Of a DNA stretch of 64,000 nucleotides, positions 1 to 8,531 are shown piece by piece. The notes beneath the pieces were generated by a model, which had not been told where the DNA came from, did not search any database, and worked only from the letters and a program-made list of their open reading frames with translations. Source of the stretch: an uncultured delta proteobacterium (lineage in GTDB: Bacteria; Myxococcota_A; Polyangia; Fen-1088); contig CAVWIP010000010.1 of the NCBI GenBank assembly GCA_963755125.1, forward strand, positions 384,001 to 448,000. The letters are read 5' to 3'. Each line of letters starts with the position of its first letter. Position 1 is the stretch's first letter. A program made the position numbers and the translations under genes.

Positions 1-101
1 CGTACCATGGACCGGACGGGCTGACCTACGTGTTCACGGCGGATCTCGACGAGGACGCGCTGGCCCACTGGGTTGAGACGGTGTACCTGCAGCGGCGATA
101 G
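1..101 (+). CDS. 3' end of a gene, probably an anti-sigma factor (partial, runs off window start)
   Basis: Frame from nt 3 reads YHGPDGLTYVFTADLDEDALAHWVETVYLQRR-stop (TAG 99-101) with GC3-rich codons. Resembles C-termini of myxobacterial anti-sigma proteins and lies upstream of frzS. Confidence 0.5.
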   Translation, partial: YHGPDGLTYVFTADLDEDALAHWVETVYLQRR

Positions 102-110
102 GCAATTCAC

Positions 111-314
111 ATGGGAACCCTGGGAGGGTTCGCTCCGCCCTTCGGCCCCCCACGCCCACCCCCACCCCGCTCGCTGCGCTCGGCCTCGCCAAACCCTGCG
201 ATGGTGCGCCGCCGGCGAGGGCGCACGCGAAGCGCGCGGGGCGGGCAGGGTGGCGGGTCGTCCCGAAGTCCCCGAAGGGGGCGAAGCCGGCGGGCTCCCC
301 ACGCGGCTCATTGC
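111..314 (+). repeat. Dispersed hairpin-rich intergenic repeat, copy 1 (with 57-bp internal insert)
   Basis: Aligns closely with the reverse complement of 27635-27783 (ATGGGAACCCT...AAACCCT...GCGATGGTGCGCCGCCGGCGAGGGCGC...TCCCGAAGTCCCC..AGGGGGC.AAGCCGGCGGGCTCC.CACGCG). Confidence 0.9.
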
Positions 315-383
315 GTCTCTGCTCAGACGCCGGTATGGTCTGACTTGGTGCCCGGGCCCATCCGTAGTAACGTCCCCTTACTC

Positions 384-2792
384 ATGGCGACGAGAACGCT
401 TCTTTGCGTAGAGCCGGATCAGGCCGCCCTGCAAGTCCTTTCTGCGACGCTGGCGCCCTACGGTTTCGAAATCACGAACATCACCAACGGCGACGAGGCG
501 GTGGAATGGAGCCGGAAGAACCTTCCTGCCCTCATCATCGTCTCGGTCGAGCCCAAGAAGGTGGGCTATGCCATCTGCAACAAGCTCAAGCGCAGCGCGG
601 AGCTGAAAAACATTCCACTCATCCTGACCTCATCGGACGAGGTGCCGGCCAAGTTTGAGCAGCACAAGACCTTCAAGCTGCGGGCCGACGAGTACATCTT
701 CAAGCCCTTCGACGCCGACGAGCTTTGCCGCAAGGTGGACACGTTGCTGGGCTTGGGCGTGCCGGCTGCTTCCACGAGTGAGGAGATGTTGCTGAGTTCC
801 GACCTGCTGTCGTCGGAGATTGCCATCGAGGCGGACGACATCGTCGACGAGTCGCACATTCCCACTCCGCCGCCAGCCGCGTCGCCCGCGGGTGGAGCGG
901 TGGTGGAGATGGAGGCAGAGGCCAGTGACTCGTCCGCCCTTGGGTCCGGCCTGGACGCGATCTTCGACAAGGAAGCCCAGGCGGCTTTTGACGCCCTCGA
1001 GATTCACGAGCAGCCCACCGTGAGCCGGCCGAGTCCTGAGCAAAGCGACGAGAAGGCTGAACCCTGGGACGAACAGGCGGCCACGTCGGTGGTGCCGTCG
1101 GATCTGGTATCCGATCTGCTGGCGCCGGCCAGCGAGTCCGATCCGTCTAGCGGCGCGGGCACTGTGCGCATGATGCCGGGGATGGCGCCGCCTCTCGAAC
1201 CGCCGGAGGACGTACCACAAGCCTCTTCACCTGAGCCGCAGGTCGATATCCCGCCCGGCGTGCTGCGCGAGTCAGACGCCGAGGCCGGTCCTCCGCCCGA
1301 GCCGGACGCGGTGAACGCCACCTCGGTCGAGACCCTTGCCTTGGGTGACGCCCCCGAGGGGCTGCTGGCCGACCTGCAGGAACGCATCCACAATCTGGAG
1401 AACGACAAGCGCCGCCTGCAGAGCGAACTGGAAGAGCTGAATGGACGCCTGCAGGCACAACCTTTCCACAAGGAGAGGGATCTGCTCGGTCTGCGCGAGA
1501 CCATCAATCGTAAGGAGAAGGATCTGCTCGATCTTCGCGACGCGCTCGACGCAAGAGAGCGGCAGATGCTCGACCACAAGGACCGCATTCGCGAGCACGA
1601 ACGCGCGCGCCGCGACCTCGAGGAGAAGATGCTCGCTATGGAAAAGAGCCTGGTCTACGCCAGCGAGCGCGTGACCGCTCTGAGCCAGGACAAGGATCGA
1701 GCCGTCGAGCGTGAACGTGCGCTCAAGGTGCGTCTCGACGACAGCCACCTCGAGCTGACCAAGGCGCAGGACGAGCTCGATTCTCTGCGCAAGCGTCTCG
1801 CGACCGCCGAGGATCGGTCGCGTGCCGAGGTCGAGAAGATCCGGCAGGACCTGGAAACCCACGTCTCGGACATGGAGCAGGTTCACCGGGCCGAGATTGC
1901 GCAGATGACCAACGAGCGCCAGGCGGCGGAGGCGGCTCGCGAGGAACAGTTTCGCACCGAGAAGGCGCGCATGGAGATGGACCGTGCGGCGGAGTTGGAG
2001 GCGCAGCAGCGACGCGCGGCCGATGAGACGGCGGCCCTGGAGGACCGCCACGACGTCGAGTTGACGCGTGTGCGGCGCGAGCAAGAGAAGGCCGTCGCCT
2101 CGCTCAAGGAAGAGTCGGCGGCCCAGCTTGCGGCCGAGCGCCTGGCCCATGAAGCGGCGCTGGAGGCCAAGGAGCGCGACCACAAGAACGAGATCCAGGC
2201 CCTGCGCCGCAGGCTGGAAGATGAGCTGGCAGGCGCGGAAGCGCGGCGCCAGCGCGAATTGGAAGAAGCGGCCGCGCGCCAGGCGACCGAGTTGACCGCA
2301 GCCGACGAGCGCCGCCGGGGCGAGCTGCAGGCGCGCGATGAGGAGCACCACAACGCCGTCGCCGAGATGGATCGCCGGCATCTGGATGAGAAGACCGAGC
2401 TTTCCGAGCGCCACCGCGCGGAACTGGATCAGGCCGCGGCCCGGGCTGCGCGCGCCGAGGGTGAGTTGGCGGCGCGCGGGCAGGAGTTGGGTGAAGTCAG
2501 CCGGCGCGTGCTGCGCATGGAGGGCGAGCTTGACACCACACGCGCCGACTTGCGCGACCGCGAGGTCAAGCTGGCCCAGGCGCGCGATCGCGTCGCCGAG
2601 ATGGAAACCAAGCTGGCTGATTTCGAGGACCAGATCCTGCGCGCCTACCAGAAACTGCGTAACGACGACAAGATCGTGGACAAGGCGAAGCGGGCCCTGG
2701 CCGTGGCGCTCACCCTGCTTGACGATCGGGGCGCGGCCGCGCCTGCGGCAACATCCTCGTCGTCTCCCACGCGCTCCCCCGACGAGGGGTAG
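384..2792 (+). CDS. frzS: FrzS-like pseudo-receiver plus long coiled-coil protein (social motility)
   Basis: N-terminal receiver fold with GYAICNKLK..ELKNIP and FEQHKTFKLRADEYIFKP, and Ser at the phospho-Asp position (IIVSVE). Pro/acidic linker, about 450 aa coiled coil, C-terminal AYQKLRNDDK..KALAVALTLLD. Start placed at ATG 384. Confidence 0.8.
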   Translation: MATRTLLCVEPDQAALQVLSATLAPYGFEITNITNGDEAVEWSRKNLPALIIVSVEPKKVGYAICNKLKRSAELKNIPLILTSSDEVPAKFEQHKTFKLRADEYIFKPFDADELCRKVDTLLGLGVPAASTSEEMLLSSDLLSSEIAIEADDIVDESHIPTPPPAASPAGGAVVEMEAEASDSSALGSGLDAIFDKEAQAAFDALEIHEQPTVSRPSPEQSDEKAEPWDEQAATSVVPSDLVSDLLAPASESDPSSGAGTVRMMPGMAPPLEPPEDVPQASSPEPQVDIPPGVLRESDAEAGPPPEPDAVNATSVETLALGDAPEGLLADLQERIHNLENDKRRLQSELEELNGRLQAQPFHKERDLLGLRETINRKEKDLLDLRDALDARERQMLDHKDRIREHERARRDLEEKMLAMEKSLVYASERVTALSQDKDRAVERERALKVRLDDSHLELTKAQDELDSLRKRLATAEDRSRAEVEKIRQDLETHVSDMEQVHRAEIAQMTNERQAAEAAREEQFRTEKARMEMDRAAELEAQQRRAADETAALEDRHDVELTRVRREQEKAVASLKEESAAQLAAERLAHEAALEAKERDHKNEIQALRRRLEDELAGAEARRQRELEEAAARQATELTAADERRRGELQARDEEHHNAVAEMDRRHLDEKTELSERHRAELDQAAARAARAEGELAARGQELGEVSRRVLRMEGELDTTRADLRDREVKLAQARDRVAEMETKLADFEDQILRAYQKLRNDDKIVDKAKRALAVALTLLDDRGAAAPAATSSSSPTRSPDEG

Positions 2793-2841
2793 CGCGATCT
2801 TGTGGCAGTAGCGTCGTTGGACGGGTTCAGGCGGTAGGCGC

Positions 2842-4506
2842 ATGCGCGAGGTGACCGGCAACCTCAGCGGCCTGAAGCCCAGCGAGCTGAAGGCCCTGGA
2901 GCGCGTGTACCGACGCCGCGTGCCGCCGCACGAACTGGTGTCCGCCGAATTGGCCACGTTCATGTGCGGGCTGTCGCGCGAGATGGCGCGGCAGGTGGGC
3001 GTGCTCATCTCGCGCCGGGGCGACATCGAACACGTGGTGGTGGGCGATGCCTCGCGCATCATGCTGCCCGCGGTGGGACGCGTGCGCGCCGGTCACGGAC
3101 GCTTCCGCGGCCTGCGCCTGGTGCACACCCATCTGCGCAACGAGGCCATCTCGCGCGACGATCTCGTCGACCTGGCCCTGCTGCGTCTGGACCTGGTGGC
3201 AGCGGTGGGTGTGACCCAGGACGGAAGGCCGGGCGATCTGCACATGGCGCACCTGATGCCTCCGCGCGAAGAGCGGTCACCGTGGACCGTGCTGGCGCCG
3301 GTGCCCTTTCACCGCGCGTCAGTCGATGTCGAGCAACTGGTGGGCGCGCTGGAGGAGGAATTCGACCGCGCCTTGCCCGCGACGCGCGCGACCCTGGGCG
3401 CGGAGCGTGCCGTGCTGGTCGTGATGGAGTCGCGCCAGACACGCGCTTCGGGCAGCACGGAGAGCCGAGTGCATGAGTTGCGCGAGCTGTGTCGGACCGC
3501 GGGGATCGCGGTCACCGACGTGGCGGTTCAGCGCCGACCCGAGCCTGACCCCAAGTACCTCATCGGTCGCGGCAAGCTGGAGGATGTTCTGGTGCGGGCC
3601 ATGCAGTACGACGCCGGCCTGCTCATCTTCGACCCCGATCTGACGCCGGGACAGGCCCACGCCATCTCCGATTTCACCGATCTCAAGGTCATCGACCGCA
3701 CCATCCTCATCCTAGACATTTTCGCCCAGCGGGCGCGTAGCCGCGACGCCAAGCTGCAGGTCGAACTGGCCCAGTTGCGCTACCGGCTGCCGCGCCTGCA
3801 GGAAGAGAACACCATGATGAGCCGCCTGGTGGGCGGCATTGGCGGCCGCGGCCCGGGCGAAACCAAGCTGGAGATTGGCCGCCGCCGCGCGCGCGAGCGC
3901 GTGCACCGGCTGGAGCACGACATCGACCAGACCCGCCGCCAGCGCGCCGGCCGCCGCGCCGAGCGTACCCGACGCGAAGTCCCCATCGTGGGCATCGTGG
4001 GCTACACCAACGCGGGCAAGTCCACCTTGCTCAATACCCTGACCGGCAGCGAGGTGCTGGTCGAAGACAAGCTCTTTGCCACGCTCGATCCCACCACGCG
4101 GCGGCTGCGTTTTCCGCGCGAGCGCGAGCTGATCCTGGCCGACACCGTGGGTTTCATCCGCGACTTGCCCAAGGACTTGGCGCAGGCCTTTCGCGCCACC
4201 CTGGAAGAACTGCAGGACGCGGACTTGCTCCTACACGTCGTCGACAGCGCGGATACAGACCGTGAGGCGCACATCGCGGCCGTGGAGCGCATCCTCAATG
4301 ACCTCGACCTGGCCAGCACGCCCCGTTTGCTCGTCTACAACAAGATCGATCGCTTGACTCCCGACGAGCGCGCTGGCCTCGCCGCTACCCCGCAGGCCAT
4401 CGCGCTCAGCGCGCGCGACGCCCAGACCACCAGACCCTTGCTGGCCGCCATGGAGGAGGCGCTTTGGCGCGAGGGCCGGATGCAGCGCGGGACACTGCGG
4501 GAGTAG
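2842..4506 (+). CDS. hflX: GTPase HflX (long N-terminal form)
   Basis: [36 protein letters not shown] and [11 protein letters not shown] motifs. Confidence 0.97.
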   Translation: MREVTGNLSGLKPSELKALERVYRRRVPPHELVSAELATFMCGLSREMARQVGVLISRRGDIEHVVVGDASRIMLPAVGRVRAGHGRFRGLRLVHTHLRNEAISRDDLVDLALLRLDLVAAVGVTQDGRPGDLHMAHLMPPREERSPWTVLAPVPFHRASVDVEQLVGALEEEFDRALPATRATLGAERAVLVVMESRQTRASGSTESRVHELRELCRTAGIAVTDVAVQRRPEPDPKYLIGRGKLEDVLVRAMQYDAGLLIFDPDLTPGQAHAISDFTDLKVIDRTILILDIFAQRARSRDAKLQVELAQLRYRLPRLQEENTMMSRLVGGIGGRGPGETKLEIGRRRARERVHRLEHDIDQTRRQRAGRRAERTRREVPIVGIVGYTNAGKSTLLNTLTGSEVLVEDKLFATLDPTTRRLRFPRERELILADTVGFIRDLPKDLAQAFRATLEELQDADLLLHVVDSADTDREAHIAAVERILNDLDLASTPRLLVYNKIDRLTPDERAGLAATPQAIALSARDAQTTRPLLAAMEEALWREGRMQRGTLRE

Positions 4507-4701
4507 GCAGCATCGCGATCAGTGTGCATAGCAATTCCTGATCCCCAGCGGCGCTCATTCGACATAGCAATCCGAGCTGCACAGCCCGAGCGGGCGCCTC
4601 CTGGGAGCAAATACGCCAGAAATGTCAGAGTCGTCTCACATTTCCGAGAGTCGGAAGGGCTCGAAGCGCGGCAGGCGCTGAGTCCTGGGCGCAGGTTGGG
4701 G

Positions 4702-4717
4702 TGGCATACGCCTTGCT
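4702..4717 (+). promoter_or_regulatory. sigma54 (-24/-12) promoter
   Basis: TGGCATACGCCTTGCT matches TGGCACG-N4-TTGCW with exact spacing, 38 nt before the ATG at 4756. Confidence 0.7.
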
Positions 4718-4755
4718 TGGTCGCTCCATTCTGGCCAATGGCAAAGGAGGATTCG

Positions 4756-5151
4756 ATGTTCCACAACTCAATGGCTTTCGTGATAGTCCTCATTGGCTGC
4801 GCGGCTGGGCTTGCGTGCAGTGGACAATCGGATCTTCGCAGGGAGGGCGGGAACCGGCCTTCCGCCGAGGCGAGTGCCGAAGTCGAGGGTGAGGATGCCG
4901 GAACATTCACGTGTATGGGTTCGAACAGGATGTGCACTATGACGGAGGTATGCTGGATAGCGGGCGGTTGCTGCGAACACCTTCCTGTCAACGACGCTGG
5001 CGAATGCGACGATGGCCAGCCAGTGGGAGGTGGCTGTGTAGGGCGGTGCGTGCTGCCTATTTCGAGTTGTGTCGCGTCCGACGCTGCGCCCGCTGGCTGC
5101 GAGAACATGGCGGGGATGACTTGTCAGACCTGTCCGTTTCCCTTGCCGTAG
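4756..5151 (+). CDS. Small Cys-rich putative lipoprotein, unknown function
   Basis: AAGGAGG RBS at 4744-4750, hydrophobic signal with GLAC lipobox, many Cys in the mature part. Confidence 0.7.
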   Translation: MFHNSMAFVIVLIGCAAGLACSGQSDLRREGGNRPSAEASAEVEGEDAGTFTCMGSNRMCTMTEVCWIAGGCCEHLPVNDAGECDDGQPVGGGCVGRCVLPISSCVASDAAPAGCENMAGMTCQTCPFPLP

Positions 5152-5316
5152 AAGCCAGCGCTTGATCCACGCGCACAAATCACAAAACCGGGATCGAGTG
5201 CCTAGCCGAATCTCTGCACGACGGTCAGGCTTCCGGTCTGCAGCCGACCGCGAAGCTTACGTTTCCGTGCGCGGCGGCGCAGGTCGGAGCAGCCTCGTGC
5301 CTGGAGTGCGAAAGAG

Positions 5317-8300
5317 TTAGGATTTCAACAGGGATAGCTGGCGCGCCTTGCGGCGGCGCGGGGCCGAGCGAGAGGTGACGAGCAAATCGGCTGGCAGGTC
5401 GTCGAGAAACGGACAGGGGCGATTCTCGACCGTACGTCCGGCCAGGGTGCGGCGATGCGCGGCAGTCAGTATCAGACGCTGCTGCGCGCGGGTCATGCCG
5501 ACGTAAAGTAAACGGCGTTCCTCCTCCAGGTCGGCAGGCGGCAGCCAAGGCAGGCGCAGGGGAAGAAGGCCTTCTTCGCACCCGGCAATGAATACCAGCG
5601 GAAATTCCAGGCCCTTGCTCGCGTGCAGGGTCAGAAGCGCAACTTTCTGCGGGAGATGCTGCAGGTCAGTCTCGCGCGCCAGCACCATTTCTGACAAGAA
5701 GGCGGCCGCATCGGCGCCAAAGGGCACGGCGAAAGCCTGCAGCAGTTCGAGCGCACGCAGGCGGCGCGGGTCGGCTGCGGCGTCGGGGACCAGCGTGGCG
5801 AGCAAGTCTGCGACAGGGGCAGAATTCACATCTGCGGCCTTCTGATCAACATGGCGGCGCAGCTTGGCCAAGATATCCGCCACGTGCGGGCGCGCGGCAA
5901 AGGCGTCGTCGCCCCGGCGGTGGCAGGGAATCCCGCTCCGGTCGAGCGCCTCCTCGATGGCGTCGGCCTGGGCCGAAAGCCGCACCAACACCGCGATCTG
6001 ATGGAAGGCCAGGCCTTGCCCGTCGGCGGCGCGGCCCGCGTCCATGGAAAGAAAGCTGGTGCCCGCAACCTGCGCCTCAATTTCGGCGGCGATGAACTCC
6101 GCCTCGGCGTGCTCGTCGGCAAGAACCTGGCGAATGACTCGGTTTCCGCGCGCTGCCAGCGGCTGCAGCGGGCGCGAGGCGCGCCCCGGCGTGCGTTCGA
6201 TCACGGCGGTGGCAAGGCGCACGACCGGCGCGAGAGAACGGTAGTTGCGCGCGAGCGTGAACGTGCGAGCCCCGGGATAGTCGCTGGTGAAGTGGCCGAA
6301 ATACGCCGGGGCGGAGCCGCGAAAGCCGTAGATCGCCTGATCCGGATCGCCGACCGCGCACAGATTCGTCGACGGGCCTGCGGGCGCCAGCAGACGCACC
6401 AATCGGTATTGGGCCGCATTGATGTCCTGATACTCGTCTACCAGCAGGTGACGGCAGCGACGACGTGCGAAAGCGAGAGCAACTTGATCCGTCTCCAGCA
6501 CTCGGACCGCGCGAGCCACCAGATCGTCGAAGTCGACCGCTCCCGCGACGGCCAGCGCCTTTTCGTACGCGGCGTAGAACGCGGCCAACTCGGGCGCTGC
6601 GGCTTCTGGCGCGATCAGTGCGGCCTTGGCCGACGAGATGGCGCTCGCTGCCCGCGCCAGCGACGGTGCGCCCACGCCCGCCTCCGCGTGTACCTGCGCG
6701 AGCAGAGTTTGCCGGCCCGCCTCGTCGAGAATCGCGAAGTCGGGCGGCAAACCCGCCGCAGCGGCGTGCGCCCGCAGCAGATCGAGCCCCAGCGCGTGGA
6801 AGGTCTGCACCGAAGCGCCATCGGCGCGCGCGCCCAATAGCCTCGCGAGGCGCTCGCGCAACTCGCTAGCTGCCTTGCGCGTGAAGGTGATGGCCGTGAT
6901 CTCGCCTGGCGTGGCGGCGCGGTCACGCAGCAGGCGCGCGATGCGTTCCACCAAAGTGCGCGTCTTGCCGGTGCCTGGGCCCGCCACGATGAGCAGCGGC
7001 CCCTCGCCATGGGCAATGGCTGCTTCCTGTTCGAGATTGGGACCACCGGCAAAGTCCGTCGGAGTTTCTTCACTAGCCGGACGGCGCGCGGGCTCGGTCT
7101 TGGGCTTCTCGGCAGGCGCCACAGCCGTTCCACCAAAAGAGAAGGCTGTCTGCGCGAGCAGGCGAAGACGCTCTTCTTCATCGAACATGTGGACGACGCC
7201 GTACTCGCCGTCAAACCCAGCCTGTCGCCTGACCTCACCCGCGCGCATGCGGCGCAGGGCCTCGGCCAGCAGCGGCGGTCCCTCGCGGCCAACATCTTCC
7301 AAGGGCGCATCCCGGAGCACGGTCAGCTCGGGCCCGACTCGCGACACCAGTTGCTGCCAGGCGCTCGCCACGCGCTTGCTGCCCACTCTCACGCCCAGCA
7401 CTTCGCCCAAGACCTCAGCCAGTGGCACCAGGCTGGCAAACGGCTTGGCGCCCTCGGGCCGAAACCCTCCGGGGCGGTCGGCGAGCGCTGCCACCCGGCC
7501 CAGCACACCGCCGGTGAGAGGCTTTCCGCAGCGAGGGCAGGTCTTGCCGCAGGCCGCGGCCTCGTCGGGCGTCATCACCACCTCGCACTTGCGATGGCCA
7601 TCGGCGTGGTACTTGCCCTCTTCGGGAAAGAACTCGAGCGTGCCGAGAAAGCCGGCTCCACGATCGCGGAGCGCGTCGCGCATGGCAAAGTAGGTGAGAT
7701 CGCAGTTGAACAGGTTGGCCTCGCGACCCAGCTTCTCGGGCGAATGGGCGTCGGAGCTGGAGACCAGCGCGTAGCGATCCAGCGCGGAGAGGCGCCAGTT
7801 CATGGCCGGGTCCGACGAGAGACCGGTTTCGACTGCGAAGATGTGGTCGGCGAGATCGGCGAAGCACTCGGAAATCGAATCGAAGCCCGACTGCGAGCCC
7901 AGGGCCGAAAACCAGGGCGTCCAGATGTGTGCGGGAATGAGAAAGGCGTCCGCCGAGGAAGCGAGCGTGATTTCCAACAGGTCGCGCGAATCGACGCCGA
8001 GGATGGGGCGTCCATCGGATTCGATGTTGCCGATGCGGGCCAAGTGCGACGACAGGCGCGCCGCGGACTCGAAGTCCGGCGCATAGATGAGATTGTGCAC
8101 CTTGCGCACCCGATCGCCGCGGCTGTAGATGCTGCTCACCTCGACCGACAACATGAAACGCACCGGCGCGCGACAGGCCGCGGGAACGTCGGCGTCCACC
8201 GCCCGGGCCAATTCCGCGCGCAGGGCATAGAGACCACCGCCCGCGGGAACCAGCTTGTCGCGCAACTCGGCGAACCAGCGCGGATGGGTGAAGTCGCCGG

Positions 8301-8418
8301 TGGCGACCACGGCAATCCCTTTGCGCTGAGCCCAGCCATGGAGTTGCTCCAGGTTCAACTGCCTGCTGGTCGCCCGCGACAGATAGGAGTGGATATGCAG
8401 GTCAGCCACGAACCGCAC
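5317..8418 (-). CDS. Endonuclease Q-like PHP domain fused to a UvrD/Rep-family helicase
   Basis: N-terminal DLHIHS, HIWTPWFS, ETGLSSD, SDAHS, GKYH..HRKC..CPRC. C-terminal GPGTGKT, DEYQD, GDPDQAIYGFRG, RNYRS, TLHASKGLEF, EERRLLYVGMTRA. GTG start at 8418. Confidence 0.9.
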   Translation of the reverse strand: MRFVADLHIHSYLSRATSRQLNLEQLHGWAQRKGIAVVATGDFTHPRWFAELRDKLVPAGGGLYALRAELARAVDADVPAACRAPVRFMLSVEVSSIYSRGDRVRKVHNLIYAPDFESAARLSSHLARIGNIESDGRPILGVDSRDLLEITLASSADAFLIPAHIWTPWFSALGSQSGFDSISECFADLADHIFAVETGLSSDPAMNWRLSALDRYALVSSSDAHSPEKLGREANLFNCDLTYFAMRDALRDRGAGFLGTLEFFPEEGKYHADGHRKCEVVMTPDEAAACGKTCPRCGKPLTGGVLGRVAALADRPGGFRPEGAKPFASLVPLAEVLGEVLGVRVGSKRVASAWQQLVSRVGPELTVLRDAPLEDVGREGPPLLAEALRRMRAGEVRRQAGFDGEYGVVHMFDEEERLRLLAQTAFSFGGTAVAPAEKPKTEPARRPASEETPTDFAGGPNLEQEAAIAHGEGPLLIVAGPGTGKTRTLVERIARLLRDRAATPGEITAITFTRKAASELRERLARLLGARADGASVQTFHALGLDLLRAHAAAAGLPPDFAILDEAGRQTLLAQVHAEAGVGAPSLARAASAISSAKAALIAPEAAAPELAAFYAAYEKALAVAGAVDFDDLVARAVRVLETDQVALAFARRRCRHLLVDEYQDINAAQYRLVRLLAPAGPSTNLCAVGDPDQAIYGFRGSAPAYFGHFTSDYPGARTFTLARNYRSLAPVVRLATAVIERTPGRASRPLQPLAARGNRVIRQVLADEHAEAEFIAAEIEAQVAGTSFLSMDAGRAADGQGLAFHQIAVLVRLSAQADAIEEALDRSGIPCHRRGDDAFAARPHVADILAKLRRHVDQKAADVNSAPVADLLATLVPDAAADPRRLRALELLQAFAVPFGADAAAFLSEMVLARETDLQHLPQKVALLTLHASKGLEFPLVFIAGCEEGLLPLRLPWLPPADLEEERRLLYVGMTRAQQRLILTAAHRRTLAGRTVENRPCPFLDDLPADLLVTSRSAPRRRKARQLSLLKS

Positions 8419-8531
8419 GGCGGACCGAGTGTACCAAGCCGACGCCGGCTGGCCACCCCCCTGCCCGCACGCCCCCATACACCATCAAGGTTTCATGGGA
8501 GGTGCTACAATGGCCATCCGGGGGATTTTGC

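Noticed and set aside
111..383. N-terminal 91-aa extension of the 893-aa ORF
   Set aside because: It is mostly the translated dispersed repeat. Differences between repeat copies are mainly non-synonymous, and the receiver domain starts at ATG 384.
1272..3062. 596-aa minus-strand ORF
   Set aside because: Antisense shadow of frzS/hflX, expected in high-GC coding DNA; no motifs.
8445..8480. CCACCCCCCTGCCCGCACGC as a fourth repeat copy
   Set aside because: Match is too short and low-complexity to support.
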